This document shows positions 1-14,300 of a DNA stretch of 64,000 nt, in pieces. The first letter of the stretch is position 1, and each line of letters begins with the position of its first letter. The stretch lies in contig NW_025963846.1 in the NCBI RefSeq assembly GCF_023055435.1, positions 2,976,001 through 3,040,000 of the forward strand. The letters are read 5' to 3'. The notes below the pieces were generated by a model, which saw nothing but the letters and a program-made list of their open reading frames with translations, was not told the DNA's origin and made no database searches. Position numbers and translations under genes: made by a program. The stretch comes from Haliotis rufescens (lineage: Eukaryota).

Positions 1-1386
1 CACAAAAACGCAACTGCTATGAAACGCATGCATTCCACGCAAAAGTGGAAGCCCCATGCATTTCACTACCCAAGAATGGGTATAAAAACATGTGCGTTAA
101 CGTGATTCCATATGCATTGTTTAGCATCGTGTTGACAACAACCACTCAGAAAAACAACAAAATAAAGCAATTATTCAATATTACGAAATGCCACGCCTGT
201 CCGAAAATGAGCGTCTGCGAGCCATTGGTATGCTTGAAACAGGATCGAGTCAACGTGATGTTTTAAGACAATTTAACGTCCACAGAAACACTATTTGGTG
301 TTTATGGCAACGTTGGCAACAGACGAATGCAGTCAGAGACCATCCTCGGAGTGGCAGGCCCCGGGGAACCAATAATCGACAAGACAACTGGATTCGAACA
401 ACACACCTACGAAATCGATTCCAGCCAGCCAGCCAGCCACAGTGACTGCAAGAAGCATCCCTGGCCTTCGACGAATATCTTCACAAACCGTACGTCGTCG
501 CCTCAGATGTGCAGGGATTGTGGCCATAGGACCCGCCAGACGTCCCATTTTGACAGGAAACCACCGTCAAGCACGTTTACAGTGGTGCAGACAGCGGCTA
601 CGCTGGACGGCCATGCAGTGGGGACCGGTTCTATTCACTGACGAGTCTTGTTTTCACCTCAGCCACAGCGATGGACGGATTCGAGTGTACCGACGTCGAA
701 GTGATCGTTACGTCAATCATTGTGTCATGGAAGAAGATCGGTTCGGGGGCGGCAGCGTTATGGTTTGGGGCAAGACAGAGGACCCGTTTGATAGTGGTAG
801 AATGAAATCTCAATGGACAGCGCTACCACGACGAGATCATCGGCCCTGTTGTTCTACCGGTTTTGCGTCGTCTTGGCCCAGGCATTACCTTTCAACATGA
901 CCACGCCCGGCCGTATATTGCTCGACTGGTTCAGGATTCACTTCAACAAAACAACGTGAATGTCATCCCCTGGCCGGCTCGCTCCCCTGATCTCTCACCA
1001 ATCGAGCACAGGTGGGATGAGATGGATCGACGTCAACCACGTGTTCCACAGACACTCCAGGAACTTCTAAACATGCTCCAGATATTGACAGATATCCCAC
1101 AGGACTTTGTGCGACACCAGGTCCATTCCATGAGACGAAGATGTGTTGCTTGCATCGCAACCAGAGGTGGACACACACGCTATTGATTTGCAAATTGACA
1201 TTTTGGTATGTTCATGTTTTTTTATGAAATCACGCATTTTCTGAAGTCAGTATGGCAAATTAAACCATTTGAACACTTACAGGAGTCTTTTATTTGTTGC
1301 AAACCGTAATTGTTTCACATTTGGTAAAAAACATAACTTTGCATTAAATCTTATTCAATGTCAAAGGAACTTTTGTTGTTCAGTAT
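1..1386 (+). mobile_element. Tc1/mariner DNA transposon, decayed (frameshifted transposase 188-1186)
   Basis: Overlapping ORFs give MPRLSENERLRAIGML (HTH), RSGRPR, VLFTDESCF, GGGSVMVWG, FQHDHARPY and WPARSPDLSPIEH; right end ...ttttgttgttcagta-ta; left TIR lies outside the window. Confidence 0.9.
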
Positions 1387-1694
1387 ATGAAGAATGTATT
1401 TGATCATTGTATTATGGAACTATAAAGTCTATAGATATAAACTGAACATTCGGTGTGTGTTGTGAGAGATCAAAAAGAGCTAGAGGTATAAACTATACTT
1501 TGTTTAGACTGCGAATGTACGATGACATCTCATAGTGTATGATTTTCATTAGAAAAGCCTGCTGGTGTTTGTTGTAAAATATAGTGTTTTTCAGTAGGCC
1601 GAGAGTGTTACGCATACAGTACCTCGAGAAACACAGTAATTAATGCATGTTCAATGTACCTACAATTTAATGAGGTCACCTCTTAAAGTTGTAA

Positions 1695-1836
1695 TACCCG
1701 TGCTCGTGGGTTTCACCGAAGTGGTAAACATCTGAGACCTGCATCACTTCGGGCTTTCCTCCCACATTAAGCTGACACGCCGCGATATAACTTGAATATG
1801 GTTACAAGCGGTGCTAAACCCAACTCACTCACTCAC
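1695..1836 (+). mobile_element. SINE family C, 3' fragment
   Basis: Matches the 3' half of 49481-49762; (ACTC)n tail. Confidence 0.8.
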
Positions 1837-2218
1837 ATAATGTTGTAACATGGTATATAGGTAAAGGAAGTAGGAGTTTCTCGATTCGGAAATAGTGTCA
1901 TTCAACGAGGATACAGAAACGTATAGTCTCCTTGATTTATTACATACGGGCCTTTAAGTGGTGATATAATGGACACTATATTATTTTGTCTTCGGTGACG
2001 TTCAATTCACTGAACAAACAATCGTTGAGCCCTTGGTACCCTAAAGTAAAGTAAACATCAGTCTTTTCATGTATATGCACGTGTAGATTGGATGGTGACC
2101 TACTATGTATCATTTGGTCCTTGTCTGCAAGAGCTGCTTAACATATTTGACTAAACTTTTGAAAATTACTACTTTTTCATATTCACAACTCTATCAAATA
2201 TTATTGCATATGTTTCAG

Positions 2219-2350
2219 CATGTAATGTCGGAATGTATGGCGTAAACTGTACGTCAGAATGCCGGCATTGTCTGAACTCTAAATGTGACAACAGGGACGG
2301 AACCTGCATTGACGGCTGTATTGGAAATTTTTCAATGCCATTTTGTCAGG
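2219..2350 (+). CDS. RPTP-1 exon, EGF/laminin-like repeat
   Basis: [43 protein letters not shown]; phase 1-1. Confidence 0.85.
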
Positions 2351-5300
2351 GTAAATTCAATTAATCAATTTCGTTGCAGATAAACCCTTTCACACCAACA
2401 TTTAATTTAGAATAATTATGACATGTGATGTTCCTCGTCATATCCCTCTGTCTTCACATCCGATCGTCTTATACAGACTCCCTGGTTTCACGAAGGAGTA
2501 AATGCCTACGTCTCGTAAGGCCTCATTGGAATTTTCTTTGACATTTAGATGTCAGCTTGTAATGTAATCGAAATACTGGTCAAAATTCTGATTAATACCA
2601 ACTGACAGACTTCAAGTTCCGCAAAATGTATTGTACATATACAACTTCATGTACTCTTTTGAAAATCTACATTTCACAATTAAACATTTAAAGGTCAGCT
2701 GATTGTATTTACAGACTGCCTCTCAACTCACTACGGAGAAGCATGTAATGAAACATGTGGCAAGTGTCAGGGTAATACTCCATGTGAGAGATTGTCTGGA
2801 GAGTGTTCTGAGGGTTGTTTATCGGGCTATGACCAAACAGATCTTCTCTGTCGGACGGGTGAGTACTCTAAAACGATGATTGCTTTGCATGCAAAAAGGG
2901 ATCAACTCCTTCCTCACCTTCTTTTGAATGTCAAAATGTTTTGGATACACATATGTTCAATGCAGTGCAATTGCCTCCATCAAGTCGTATGCACTTCCAG
3001 TTGAAAGATGTGCCTTCCGGTTGGAGACATGTACTAATCAGAACCACGTGCACAGGAAGCCTCGTGCCACTAGTTACCTTGAATAGAATGTTATCATGTA
3101 CTTTAGTTTTAATGATCTTTCAGACAATCACATGATTGATTATTTCAAGTACCTGCTTTTAAAACATCTAATGCAAACACAGGATTGGTCCAGTACACAC
3201 GGGAGCAGAACTACCTTAAGAATGATCATTCAAGTGAACCTTTATCTTCAAAAAAAGTCGCTCAAGAGTTTACCACATTCAATGCACCACCATAACATAT
3301 GGAACATATGTACCAGATATCATATAAGAATGGACAGTCAGAACCTTGAGTTATCATGAACATTCTAACATGTTGAAGTGAATTTGCCCTTCGCTATTAG
3401 CGACAATTATTTCAAGAACATCTCAAAGGCCTATCTAGCATATAAATCAAATATGATGTCCCTTGGTGGAATTAATGTGACAACGAAATATTATTATCAC
3501 TAATATATATTAAGTATTCAATTGGTATAACAATTGATAATATTTAAAAATATTTTAATATATATGCAGAAAAAGGCATTTAGGTGAAAATGTAAAGCAT
3601 CCTTTTCGAATGACTATCATTATGACCTTGACTTTGTACACACATCACTCATGACGTCGTAGGATCTCGAACCCGCTTTACGGATGGCATGTATTCAGGT
3701 TCATTGATCGCCACCCTTCTTGAATTCAGTGGTAACAGTGTTTTTCATGCTATAGTCTAGAGAACGGTACTGACCCGTTACATGCCATATCAGTGTGCCC
3801 AACTGATTTCTCTTGGTTATAAATTGTTTATACATGATACAATAATCCTGATATATCCAAGCACCACCTGGTTTCAAACAATATTTTTGAGATTGTGTAT
3901 GCTGCACACTGAACGAAGGTCACAATGTCCTACTTCGTATATCTTGTCTTCAATTGCCATAGATAAGTTTTCAAACAGTATAGCTACCCCATGCACAGAA
4001 ACAAACAATATTTTTACTGAAAATACGCATACATTATGAATGGCATTCACTTTGATCTTGACCTTACAGAATGCGAAAACCTTAAAGCATGATTGCGTCA
4101 TGAACGTTCGGCATAGTAATCATATTAAAAACAGTTATTATATATTTTCTAGACGCTCAATCACAGTCTCCTGTTGCTGTGATCCCGATGGTTGGAGGAG
4201 GAATAGCAGTAATGTTGGTCATCGCTGCTTTTGTAGCAGCAGTCGTCATCTACAGAAGAAGACGGTATGCTAGTCCAATTTCCAGTTATAGAAATTATTG
4301 AATAAGAAATAAGAAAATATTTTGAACTGAGAATCAGACTATGTGAATTATCCATACTTAAGTGACTGGTTAACTAAATTAGTGTTCAAATTTTATATGT
4401 GCTACAACATATTTAGTGATGTAGCATAATATAGATCTCTATTAACATATCTTGCGCAGTAGACTCTGCTTTTTAGAGATGTGCGTTATGTTTATGGACA
4501 GGGTTTTGACATAATAATTACATTTCTATAAAAAAACCCAACAAATTTCCATATTAATTTAAGGAGAATAACTGAAGACACAGGAGAACCAGAAATACAT
4601 AATAGCGAGCGTCTGCACTCTCAATATGACGTGATTACAATGGTGGAAAGTTCAACTTCTGGTAAATATTCAGTATTCAGTATTTGGTATATTAATGCCA
4701 TTAGGATGATTTTAAATCGCTTCACTCAACAGCCAAACTGAAATGACTGAAATGTCAGTAAGTGTAACGAACGCGGTTTGGGTGAAATCAATAATATACT
4801 TAATATTCACGAGTAGCCATAGGACGCACCAAGGGTCACAACGGGGTCAAAACAAGAATTCAGACCGACGACCAGTAAATCGTTGAACGAATATATATTT
4901 TTAAAGTCATAATCAAATGTCTTTTAAAGTTGTACGTCAACATATTGCTAAAAGCAATCATTGTGAGGTCTAGATATATAAGTGTATATACTAACACTTC
5001 CAACCATTAAACAGGGCAATGCAGTCACACATCATCAATGATACACCCATAGTTATCTGATACGAAATAGGTCATTATCCCGTGGCCCCACCTGCACATG
5101 TTAAACTTCATAATTTACAACAAATGTCTAATGAATAGGACAAGCAGAGAAAATTACACTGATTTTCACATGGACTTCCTGTGAACGCTTTTCTGGAGTA
5201 AATGTTGATCGTTGCTTTTAAATATTCCTTACTTGGATTGGTCATTTAAGCTTATAACCAGTTTTTAATCATTTGATTTAAATCATACGTGCAATACTTT

Positions 5301-8300
5301 TTGTAAAAGGTCATGCCTGTGTAACAGTATTAGTAAAATACAAGTTCCTTCACACAGACTGAAAGTTGAGTGCTGAAACAAGAATTTGAACCAAACACAT
5401 ACTGAAAGTTTACCAGTTTCAGAGTATTATTTCAAGACCCAATTTAAAATCTGATTTAGTGGCAATTTTTAATGTCATCCATTCAAAACTTCACCCATGA
5501 TATTATTGCAATACAGGCGAACAATCGCATGAACATGTATATGAGCAACTCCTGGATGATGGGCATGCTGGGGCATTGTATGAACCTCCGCTGGATCATG
5601 GATCTGGTAAGGTATTACCAAGACCTCTACTTGGTGATGACCCTTCTTGGGCAAACTCAGGACCTCTACTAGATGCTGATGACGAGGACGCCATGTTTTC
5701 TGTGGAAACTGATGTAGACGTAGATACCGAGGCAGCTGCTACTTACTACAACTGGATACCTCCTCATATGATGCTGGATAAACTGCCCCAGTGCATCATG
5801 GATAAAAAGAAGAAATCATTTGAAGTAGAATTCCAGGTTTGTTAAGACGGTGATATATACAAGATAACCTGTTTACTCGTTTTAGACAATATGTGTATCG
5901 ATGTATTTTATGCTGCTATTGTTTTGTCCATCTAGGCACGCCAAATATGATATACATTTATTTAATCTTTTGCTACATCGAAATCAGCAACATTCCAGCT
6001 TGGCAATCAACCAAGCCATGTTGACCATTTGATTCATTTAGTCGCATTACGACTCGCACAGGATATCGGAGATCAATACGCGCGAGAAACTTGAGACAAC
6101 ACAATATAGTTACATAGCTTTACTCTGACAACTTTTAGGCCATTCCTTATGGGGCAAGGCGATCCCATGTGGTTGGAAAGAGACCAGAAAACAAGAAGAA
6201 GAACCGCTTTGTCGCCCTGTATTCTTGTAAGTTTGTTTGTTTGTTTGTTTAACGCCGCACTCAGCAGTATTCCAGCTATATGACTTCTGCTTGTAAATAA
6301 TCTAATCTGGACCAGACAATCCAGTGAATGATATCATGAGCATCGACCCACGCAATTGGGATCGATGACATGCATCTACCCAGTCAGCGAGCCTGACCAC
6401 CTGATCCCGTTAGTCGCCTCTTACTATTCGTTAAGTAAAAACAATTGGCATTCTAGTTTCTAATTAATATACTGCAAAAACACACAAGCCTTCACACGAA
6501 CCTGAAATTTAAGGTCTTATGGCTATCGTAACATAAATATACATGTTAGTAGTTTGCAAACAGATGATATTTGCATTTACAGATGATCACTCGAGAGTGG
6601 TGCTGACGGAAGGGGCTGACGACTATATCAACGCTAACTACATCAAAGTTAGTCTCATATCTGTTCTTACAAAATTATACATAACTGTAAATGAAGGTTA
6701 TATTGTATTTTTCCTAACTTTGTTTCATGTTCCCTTCAACACGTATCGAGATAGATCAAAGTGTGTATGCTTTGGTGTGGATATTATAGTTCATGATATG
6801 AACATTGCGAGTCTCCAGATAAAAGATAAGGTCACACATAGTTCCCAGCATGTATATTCATTTGGACTGAAGAAATGTGTTACAGTATTCTTTAACATGG
6901 CGGTCACTAGTTGAAATCTTAAAGCAAACACTATTATATTGTTTGAGTTTGTATTAATGTTCACAGGGACACGATGACAATCCAAAGTACATAGCAGCAC
7001 AAGGTACCAAAAACTACTGCACCATGTCTCTGTTTTGCCTTTAAGGGCCAGACCGCCTCCGTGGTCATGTGGTAGAGCGTCCGCCCGGAGAGTGTAATTT
7101 CGAGGGTTCGATCCCCGGCCGCGTCATACCAGAAGACGTTAAAATATGGTACTTGTTGTTTCCCTGTCTGGCGCTCGGCATTTAAGGGGCTAAGACAAGG
7201 ACTGGTCGGCTCGGAGTCAGTATACTGTGCCTGAGTGGGGTATTCATGTTAAAACTGCGGCATGGTATCTCAGTGAGCTAGCACTATAAATCGGCATCAG
7301 TCCGGACTAGTACAAGCAGCCACACGTGCATGCACGTCGCTATATAAGTGAAAGTAATCTTGGACGCGACGTTACCCCATTTCACCTCACCTCACCTCAC
7401 CTTTGAGGGCCTTGTATAAGAATGAATGTATGCTCACATATTACATAATGTATGGAGTCAATTGTCTTTCAATTTAATCAATAGCTTGGGTCGATTTCCA
7501 TTTAGCAACACATATTGAAGCTAGAACTATGAAAGGGCAGAGGTATATATTGTAGTTGTAATAATGAACTCATATTTTGGTTTGTTACAACCTCTGACCT
7601 CTGCCATATGATGGGATGTAATTTCAGGCCCAACACCTGTTACGATCACTGACTTCTGGCAGATGATATGGCAAGAGAATGTCACGGAAATCGTCATGTT
7701 GACAAACCTGATGATGAAGAACAAAGTAGGACGTATTTTTGATACATCAAATTAATAATAATAATAAAAAAAACCCGACAAGAATCATAGGGAACCTCTG
7801 CTAAAACAGTCGATTGAACAATTCCGACCATATTATGATCATGCGTTTATGAATCACTATCAAATAGTGATGATACTTAGTGTTTACTAAAAGGGTGAGG
7901 GCATGCGGCCCAAAAGATGATATCGATCAAAAACACATGCACAGGCAAGTCAACCCTTCACCCGAAAAACACGGGACCATATGGTCAAAATAGGGAATTG
8001 CATCAGACATCTTGATGTCACTGATGTGTCAAATGTGGAAATGTCCCCTCGACATGTCTGCCATAAAACGTGTTGAAAGCTTTACTTGAATAGTGTAAGC
8101 TTGATCAAACAACGTTTGAGCAAGAGTCGTATCTTGGTTGGAAGAGCATGCTCAAATATACCCCAAAAGGCTGGCGCTGCTGTAACATTGTTCGGCATAA
8201 ACTATTTCAAAGTTCAGTTCTTATGTTAGACTAAATTAAACTGATACACGCTTTCAGAGGAAAATGAGTTTTCTTTTCATTAGAATTTTGTGGTCATTTG

Positions 8301-11300
8301 TTCTACATTTCTGTAGAAAAGGTGTGAACAATACTGGCCTGCTGAATACGAGAGTGACTGCTATGGAGACTTCAGCATAACCAACAAGAAGGCAGTCGCG
8401 AGAGCTGACTACACCACATCAACCTTTCTGGTTCGAAAATCTGTATGTATATTATATAATATCGATATCATGATATGTGCTTGAAAGTAACGAAATATAT
8501 AATTCGTATGTATTTTTTGTATTCGCGGGGTATAATCACATATTGTATTGTCAAATATTTACATTATTATATGAAACATATTCAGCTTCCTGTTAGGAAT
8601 TATATTAATACATGTACATCAGTTCATTATTGGTCCTACACGCAGACTGAAGAGAGAGTAGTGAGACATTTTCACTTCACCTCTTGGCCAGACCATGGTG
8701 TCCCCTCCGCCCCAGCCCTCGTCAGCTTCTGGAGAATGGTCAAACAGGAAGGCGCGAAAGGCAGACCCATGGTCATTCATTGCAGGTAGACGTGAAGATC
8801 CGGCTTACAATAGGTCTTCAGCAACCCAGGCTTGCTGTAAAAACGACTCTGCTTGTCGTTAGCGGCGACTAACGGGATCGGGTGGTCAGGATCGCTGACT
8901 TGGTTGATGCATGTCAATGATCCCAGTTGCGTGGATCGATGTTCATGATGTCAATCACTGGATTGTCTGGCCCAGACTCGATTATTTACAGACCGTCGTC
9001 ATATAGCTGGAATATTGCTGAGTGCGGTGTTAAACAACAAACAAACAAACAAATGATAGTGATTTATAAACAAATGCTCACGATAAAGTCGGAATTGTAC
9101 GTTTGATAATTGGCAGAGATTTCTTATGAATATGGAAAGGGTTTTGTCACTTTTATTTATATGCAGCGATCTTCTTCTTCATCAGCGCAGGTGTTGGCCG
9201 GACAGGGACATTCATTGCTCTTGATCATCTGATGGAGGAGGCTGAGAATGAAAACAAAGTCAACGTGTTTATGTGTGTTGGCAAGATGAGAGAAGACCGG
9301 ATGAACATGGTCCAAACAGTGGTGAGAATGTTGCAATCATTACGTATATCCATGTTATAGTCTGATGTAGCCTCTCAATGAGCATACAAACGATTTTGAC
9401 CTTACCTGACCTCTTATGCACCTTTTATTTGTTGCAGCTTTAATCAAAGGCAACAAGTTTGAATAGTGGTTAATGAGGGGATGGATCATTTCCGGAATAT
9501 GAACTCATATTTCTTCATGCCACTTGCAGACCTCAGAAATGCTGAATTTGTGCCTTTTTCGAATCCTATTCAGTGTTGTACTTTACTTTATTATTGCGTT
9601 TTCAAGGTAACAGGTTCTGCATTTCTCCATTTAATATGCCACGGTTTCTATTGTTCTCAGAGAAGTGAAAGAATGTATCTTTACCGTACAAGGATTGCAG
9701 GTATAAGGGTGAATTGTCCTTATATAAATTGTAGCATTAATTATGCATATTATGTTCCTTCACTCTCGAATGACGAAATACAATAAAGCCTTAAATAGAT
9801 CGAGCTTTTTGAAGTTTGAACCTTTTGCCATTATCTGCCAGAGCCAGTATGAGTTCGTGCACGATGTTGTGTTGGAAGCAATTCGTAGTCGGGGAACGTT
9901 CTTCACGTCACCGGAGTTCGAAAAGGAATTTGGTCAAGGGGAGACCTTTACTGAACCACAGGAAACCAAACTGAGAAAACAGTTTCAGGTAGGTTAGTTC
10001 TCCATATGTGTTTGTTAGTGTAATCTGTAAGAATAAATACAGTTCAAGTTGGTGGAATGTTACGTCACTTAATGGCTATTCTCAAGTAGTTGGTTATACA
10101 CATATTCATTGACACGCATGTTGGGAAATCTTACCTGGACGTCCAGAAGGTCGTGATGAACGCTGTTATAAAGGAGTATACCATCCACTTCATTTCATCA
10201 ATTGATAAGTACTGATCACAGACTTGACATCTGACCGTGATATACTATATACTATATATACACACCACGTCGTTGCTTAAATGTTTCTGTGTATATTTAA
10301 CCTTGTTATCTAACACAAGGAAGTCTTCACAAAAGATAATTGACGAGGTAAAAATTATGTTTGTCTTCAGTTACTGCAAGAAAGTACATCCAGGCTGTCA
10401 GAGGAGACAGTGTCGACAGCTCTTCTACCTCAGAATGCTGCTAAAAACAGGAGCCGAACTATTCTTCCAGGTACCATAACACGCGATGGAATATATTCAT
10501 ATTTCTATGCCTGTTCTAAGAGACTGCCTCCGTGGTCTTGTGGTAGAGCGTCCGCTCGGAGAGCTGAAAGTCCGGGGTTCGATTCCCGGCCGCGTCATAC
10601 CAAAATACGTTAAAATATGGTACTTCTTGTTACCCTGCCTGGCGCTCGGCATTAAGGGGCTAAAACAAGGACTGATCTGCTTGTTCCTCAGTGGGCTAGC
10701 ATTATAAAATCGGTATCAGTCCGGACCAGTACAAGCAGCCACACGCACAAACACGTGCATGTACGTCGCTATTTAAGTGCAATAATCTTGGACGCGATGT
10801 TAAGTCCCATTTCACCTCACCTCCTGTTCTCGGCATTATGGCTGGAAGGGATAATACAATGACCAATAGATGGCCAAAGACTATGTTACGTACAGTTCAT
10901 CGTCAGTTATCACCTACTAAGTGTCCTCCATGCTGAACGTTTATGTATTTCTTGCGAATCAAAACAGCAAGATGAGGACCAGAGAGGCCAACACTGGCTG
11001 TAAAAAGTACAAACATTTGGCTTCACGGCTCCAAGAGTTCACGAGAGAGCTAGCACAGAAGACAATAAGAAACTGTACATGTTCGTGCTTTTCTGGATTA
11101 TTTATCTTGTGATTAATAATACGGTTTATCTGTTGCAGGAAACAAGACGAGGCCTCATCTGACCACACGGGTTCACCAGCGCAATAACTACATTAATGCT
11201 GTAGTTTTGTCTGTATGTATAAGGGACACGGGTGGCCCAGTCGTCTAAGGCGCCGCTATTCGCTGTACAGAGTTGCGTCCCTTGGGCACGCCAGAAAACT

Positions 11301-14300
11301 ACGATTGTGGGTTCTAATCCCGGTTCGCCCCGATTATGTTTCTAGGTTTGTCAGCACCATACCCGTGCTCGTCGGTTTCACTGAAGTGGTAAACTTCTGA
11401 GACCTGCATCACTTCAGGCTTTCCTCCCACTGGAATACTGTTAAAAGCGGCGTTAAACCAAACTCACTCACTGGCTCACTCTGTATGTATAACCTCTGCA
11501 TGTACACATATATACATGTCAAACACACTGTACCCAATGTATTTGAAATATATGCATTGCATATATATACCTTACTGTATTTTACAAGGAGTGTGGTAGC
11601 TCAAGGCTAACAACTATTAATGCCTTATGTTTTCGATTATTTGACTTTTCACATTGGGTATGTGGGGAACACCTATTGATATCGAGAAATACTCTTCGAT
11701 ATTTGCGGAAATGGAATTGACAATACCACATAAATGTTCATGTTTGCTACTGCAGTCTATACTCCGGCCCAGCAGCCTGATAGTCACCCAGACGCCCCTG
11801 CCAGACACCGTGGTGGACTTCTGGAGACTGGTGTACGACCATGACTGCTGCACAGTTATCTGCCTGGATGACTCTAAGGTTACGTTAATCGTTAACTTCA
11901 GAGTTATTATTTGTTTGTTTGTTTGCTGTTTAACACCGCAGTTATTGTTTGTTTGTTTGTTGTTTAACACCGCACTCTGCAATATTCCGACTATATGACG
12001 GCGGTCTGTAAATAATCGAGTCTGGACCAGACAATCCAGTGATTGGCATCATGGGCATTGATCCACGCCATTGTGTTCTTACTTCACCTATCACTAAGCC
12101 AAAGAACAAATAGCAAAAAATATATATATTTTAAGTGAGTTAATGTTTCATACCACTTTCCTCTATCACTTCTTCTTTCGTTGAAATCTAACCATAATGA
12201 TTAGTATTCAGTTATTCTTTTTTCCCTACCGTTACAAGAAATTATATAGACGTATAAATGTCGGATCTCAGCAATATTACTTCTATATGACGGTGGTCTG
12301 CAAAAAAACGAGTCTGGACCAGACAATGCAGTGATTAATATCATGAGCATCGATCCACGCAATAGGGATCGATGACATGCATCAACCAAGTCAGCGAGCC
12401 TGACCACCCGATCCCGTTAGTCGCCTTTATGACAAGCATAGTCGCCTTTTACGGCAAGCATGGGTTACTGAAGACCTATTCTACCCCGGATCTCTGTGTG
12501 AAGTGTGACCAGACAATGTGTAGCTATTAGTGAAATGTTCCCTTAAAACATACAATGTATGCAAATAGAAACGGTCTTGTTTGTTAGTGTGAGAAGTCAA
12601 TCTAAAACTATGCTTGTGTTTATTCTAGGAGGTAGAGAACGTGTACCCTAAAGAAAACCAAAACTTCAAGAAAGGACCGTTCACTATTGTACTTGAGAAG
12701 GAGAATTCAAACAGGGAGGATTACAGAGAGAGAAGCCTGACCGTTCTGCATGACAAGGAGGTCAGTTATGCCTGGGATTTATATTTAGCAGTGCATACTA
12801 TTGACACATAATCCATAATAAACTTCAAATGTTGCCATGTGTTAACCAAACTAACAGTTCCACAAACTGACATTTTCAGTTGTTTCATCAATCAAATAAT
12901 CAATTTATGTGACGGATGGTTGACTTAATTCACTAGCACGGACATTTCTTGAATATGTCTTCACTTTGAATTGATTACATGAGCTAATAATTGAAGTTAC
13001 TTTACGAACTGAATACCACCGAAATAAGGATATATCTAAACATGACTAACAATAGCCGTTGATATTCAGTAGATCGTATGTTAGTACTACTGTAAACTAA
13101 GAATTAAGACGTTGTTCAAACATCATGGTCACATAATGACACTGGATGCATCCTGTAATCTAGGGTTGTGAGCGATCCGTCGTCGTGTTCAGTCTCAAGT
13201 CTCTGGACATGATGTCCCACCCTGCCACACTACTGGAGCTGGTCAACAGCGTGCACATGGTCATCACTTCCGCCGATCACAAAGTCCTTGTCCACTGCCA
13301 GTATGTTCCACACACTCAAATACATAGCCCTGACAGATTAATGTGTATGGATTGCTGTTGTAACACGTTGAATATTCCATGTAATATCTTTAGGTTTGAT
13401 GGTCTGTATGACGGTTTATATTGAATGTATCATTTGACCGTGTCGTTCTTTGATGTTCCCCACATAATATTTCATACTTGTACTCTTAGGGAGCTTTTCG
13501 AAGCGCGAAATAGTCAAAATAGCGCACATCAAACCCTTCGGTAACGTTAAATGAAATCATTTACATTATTTGGACGATTAGCTTCAGTAGAATGCATACA
13601 GCTGAGTTACCAGCATGCTAAATACATACAAGATTAATCATGGTCAGCTGTGTGGTGTGAGAGGGAATTTATATGAACTAGGCAAAGGACACCTTTCTTC
13701 AATTCATTCTTTCTCACATTTGTTTGTGTGTTGGACATGACAGTGACGGCGCCAGTGTGAGCGGCGTGTTCTGCAGTGTCCTCAACATCATCAGCAGACT
13801 GAGGCTGGACAGAGACGGGGACATCTTCCTCTCCATCAGGGAACTGCAATGTGTCAGACCTCAGTTCATACAGTCCTTTGTGAGTATTTGAAGCGCAATT
13901 CTGTAATAACAGAACCTGTGGAAACTGATAATACCTTACATTCCATTTTCCATACTATATATGTACTATATATGTTGTATGGTCAGAGTTATAGCGAAGT
14001 ACTGCTCACATAAATGTTCTGTAGAAGAGAAGGTGTCTGTTTGATTTAATGCGTGTCTCTCATTAGATGTTATTACCCAATATGAAACTTGAAAACAGCT
14101 CACACTATTGCAAATGAGGAGCCACGATTGGGAAACAATTGTCACATTGCAGTGGCTAAAACAACTGGAACTTATTTAATGTACTATATGTCTATATGTA
14201 CTCAATACAGCTCAATGCAGCGACCAAAGCAAATAATTGTGGCCAAACAAACAAATACCTTCATGTACAAACTGTGTAAGGGATTTGTTGTGTAATGGAG

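Noticed and set aside
188-1186. Active Tc1 transposase
   Set aside because: Split over three frames, with deletions
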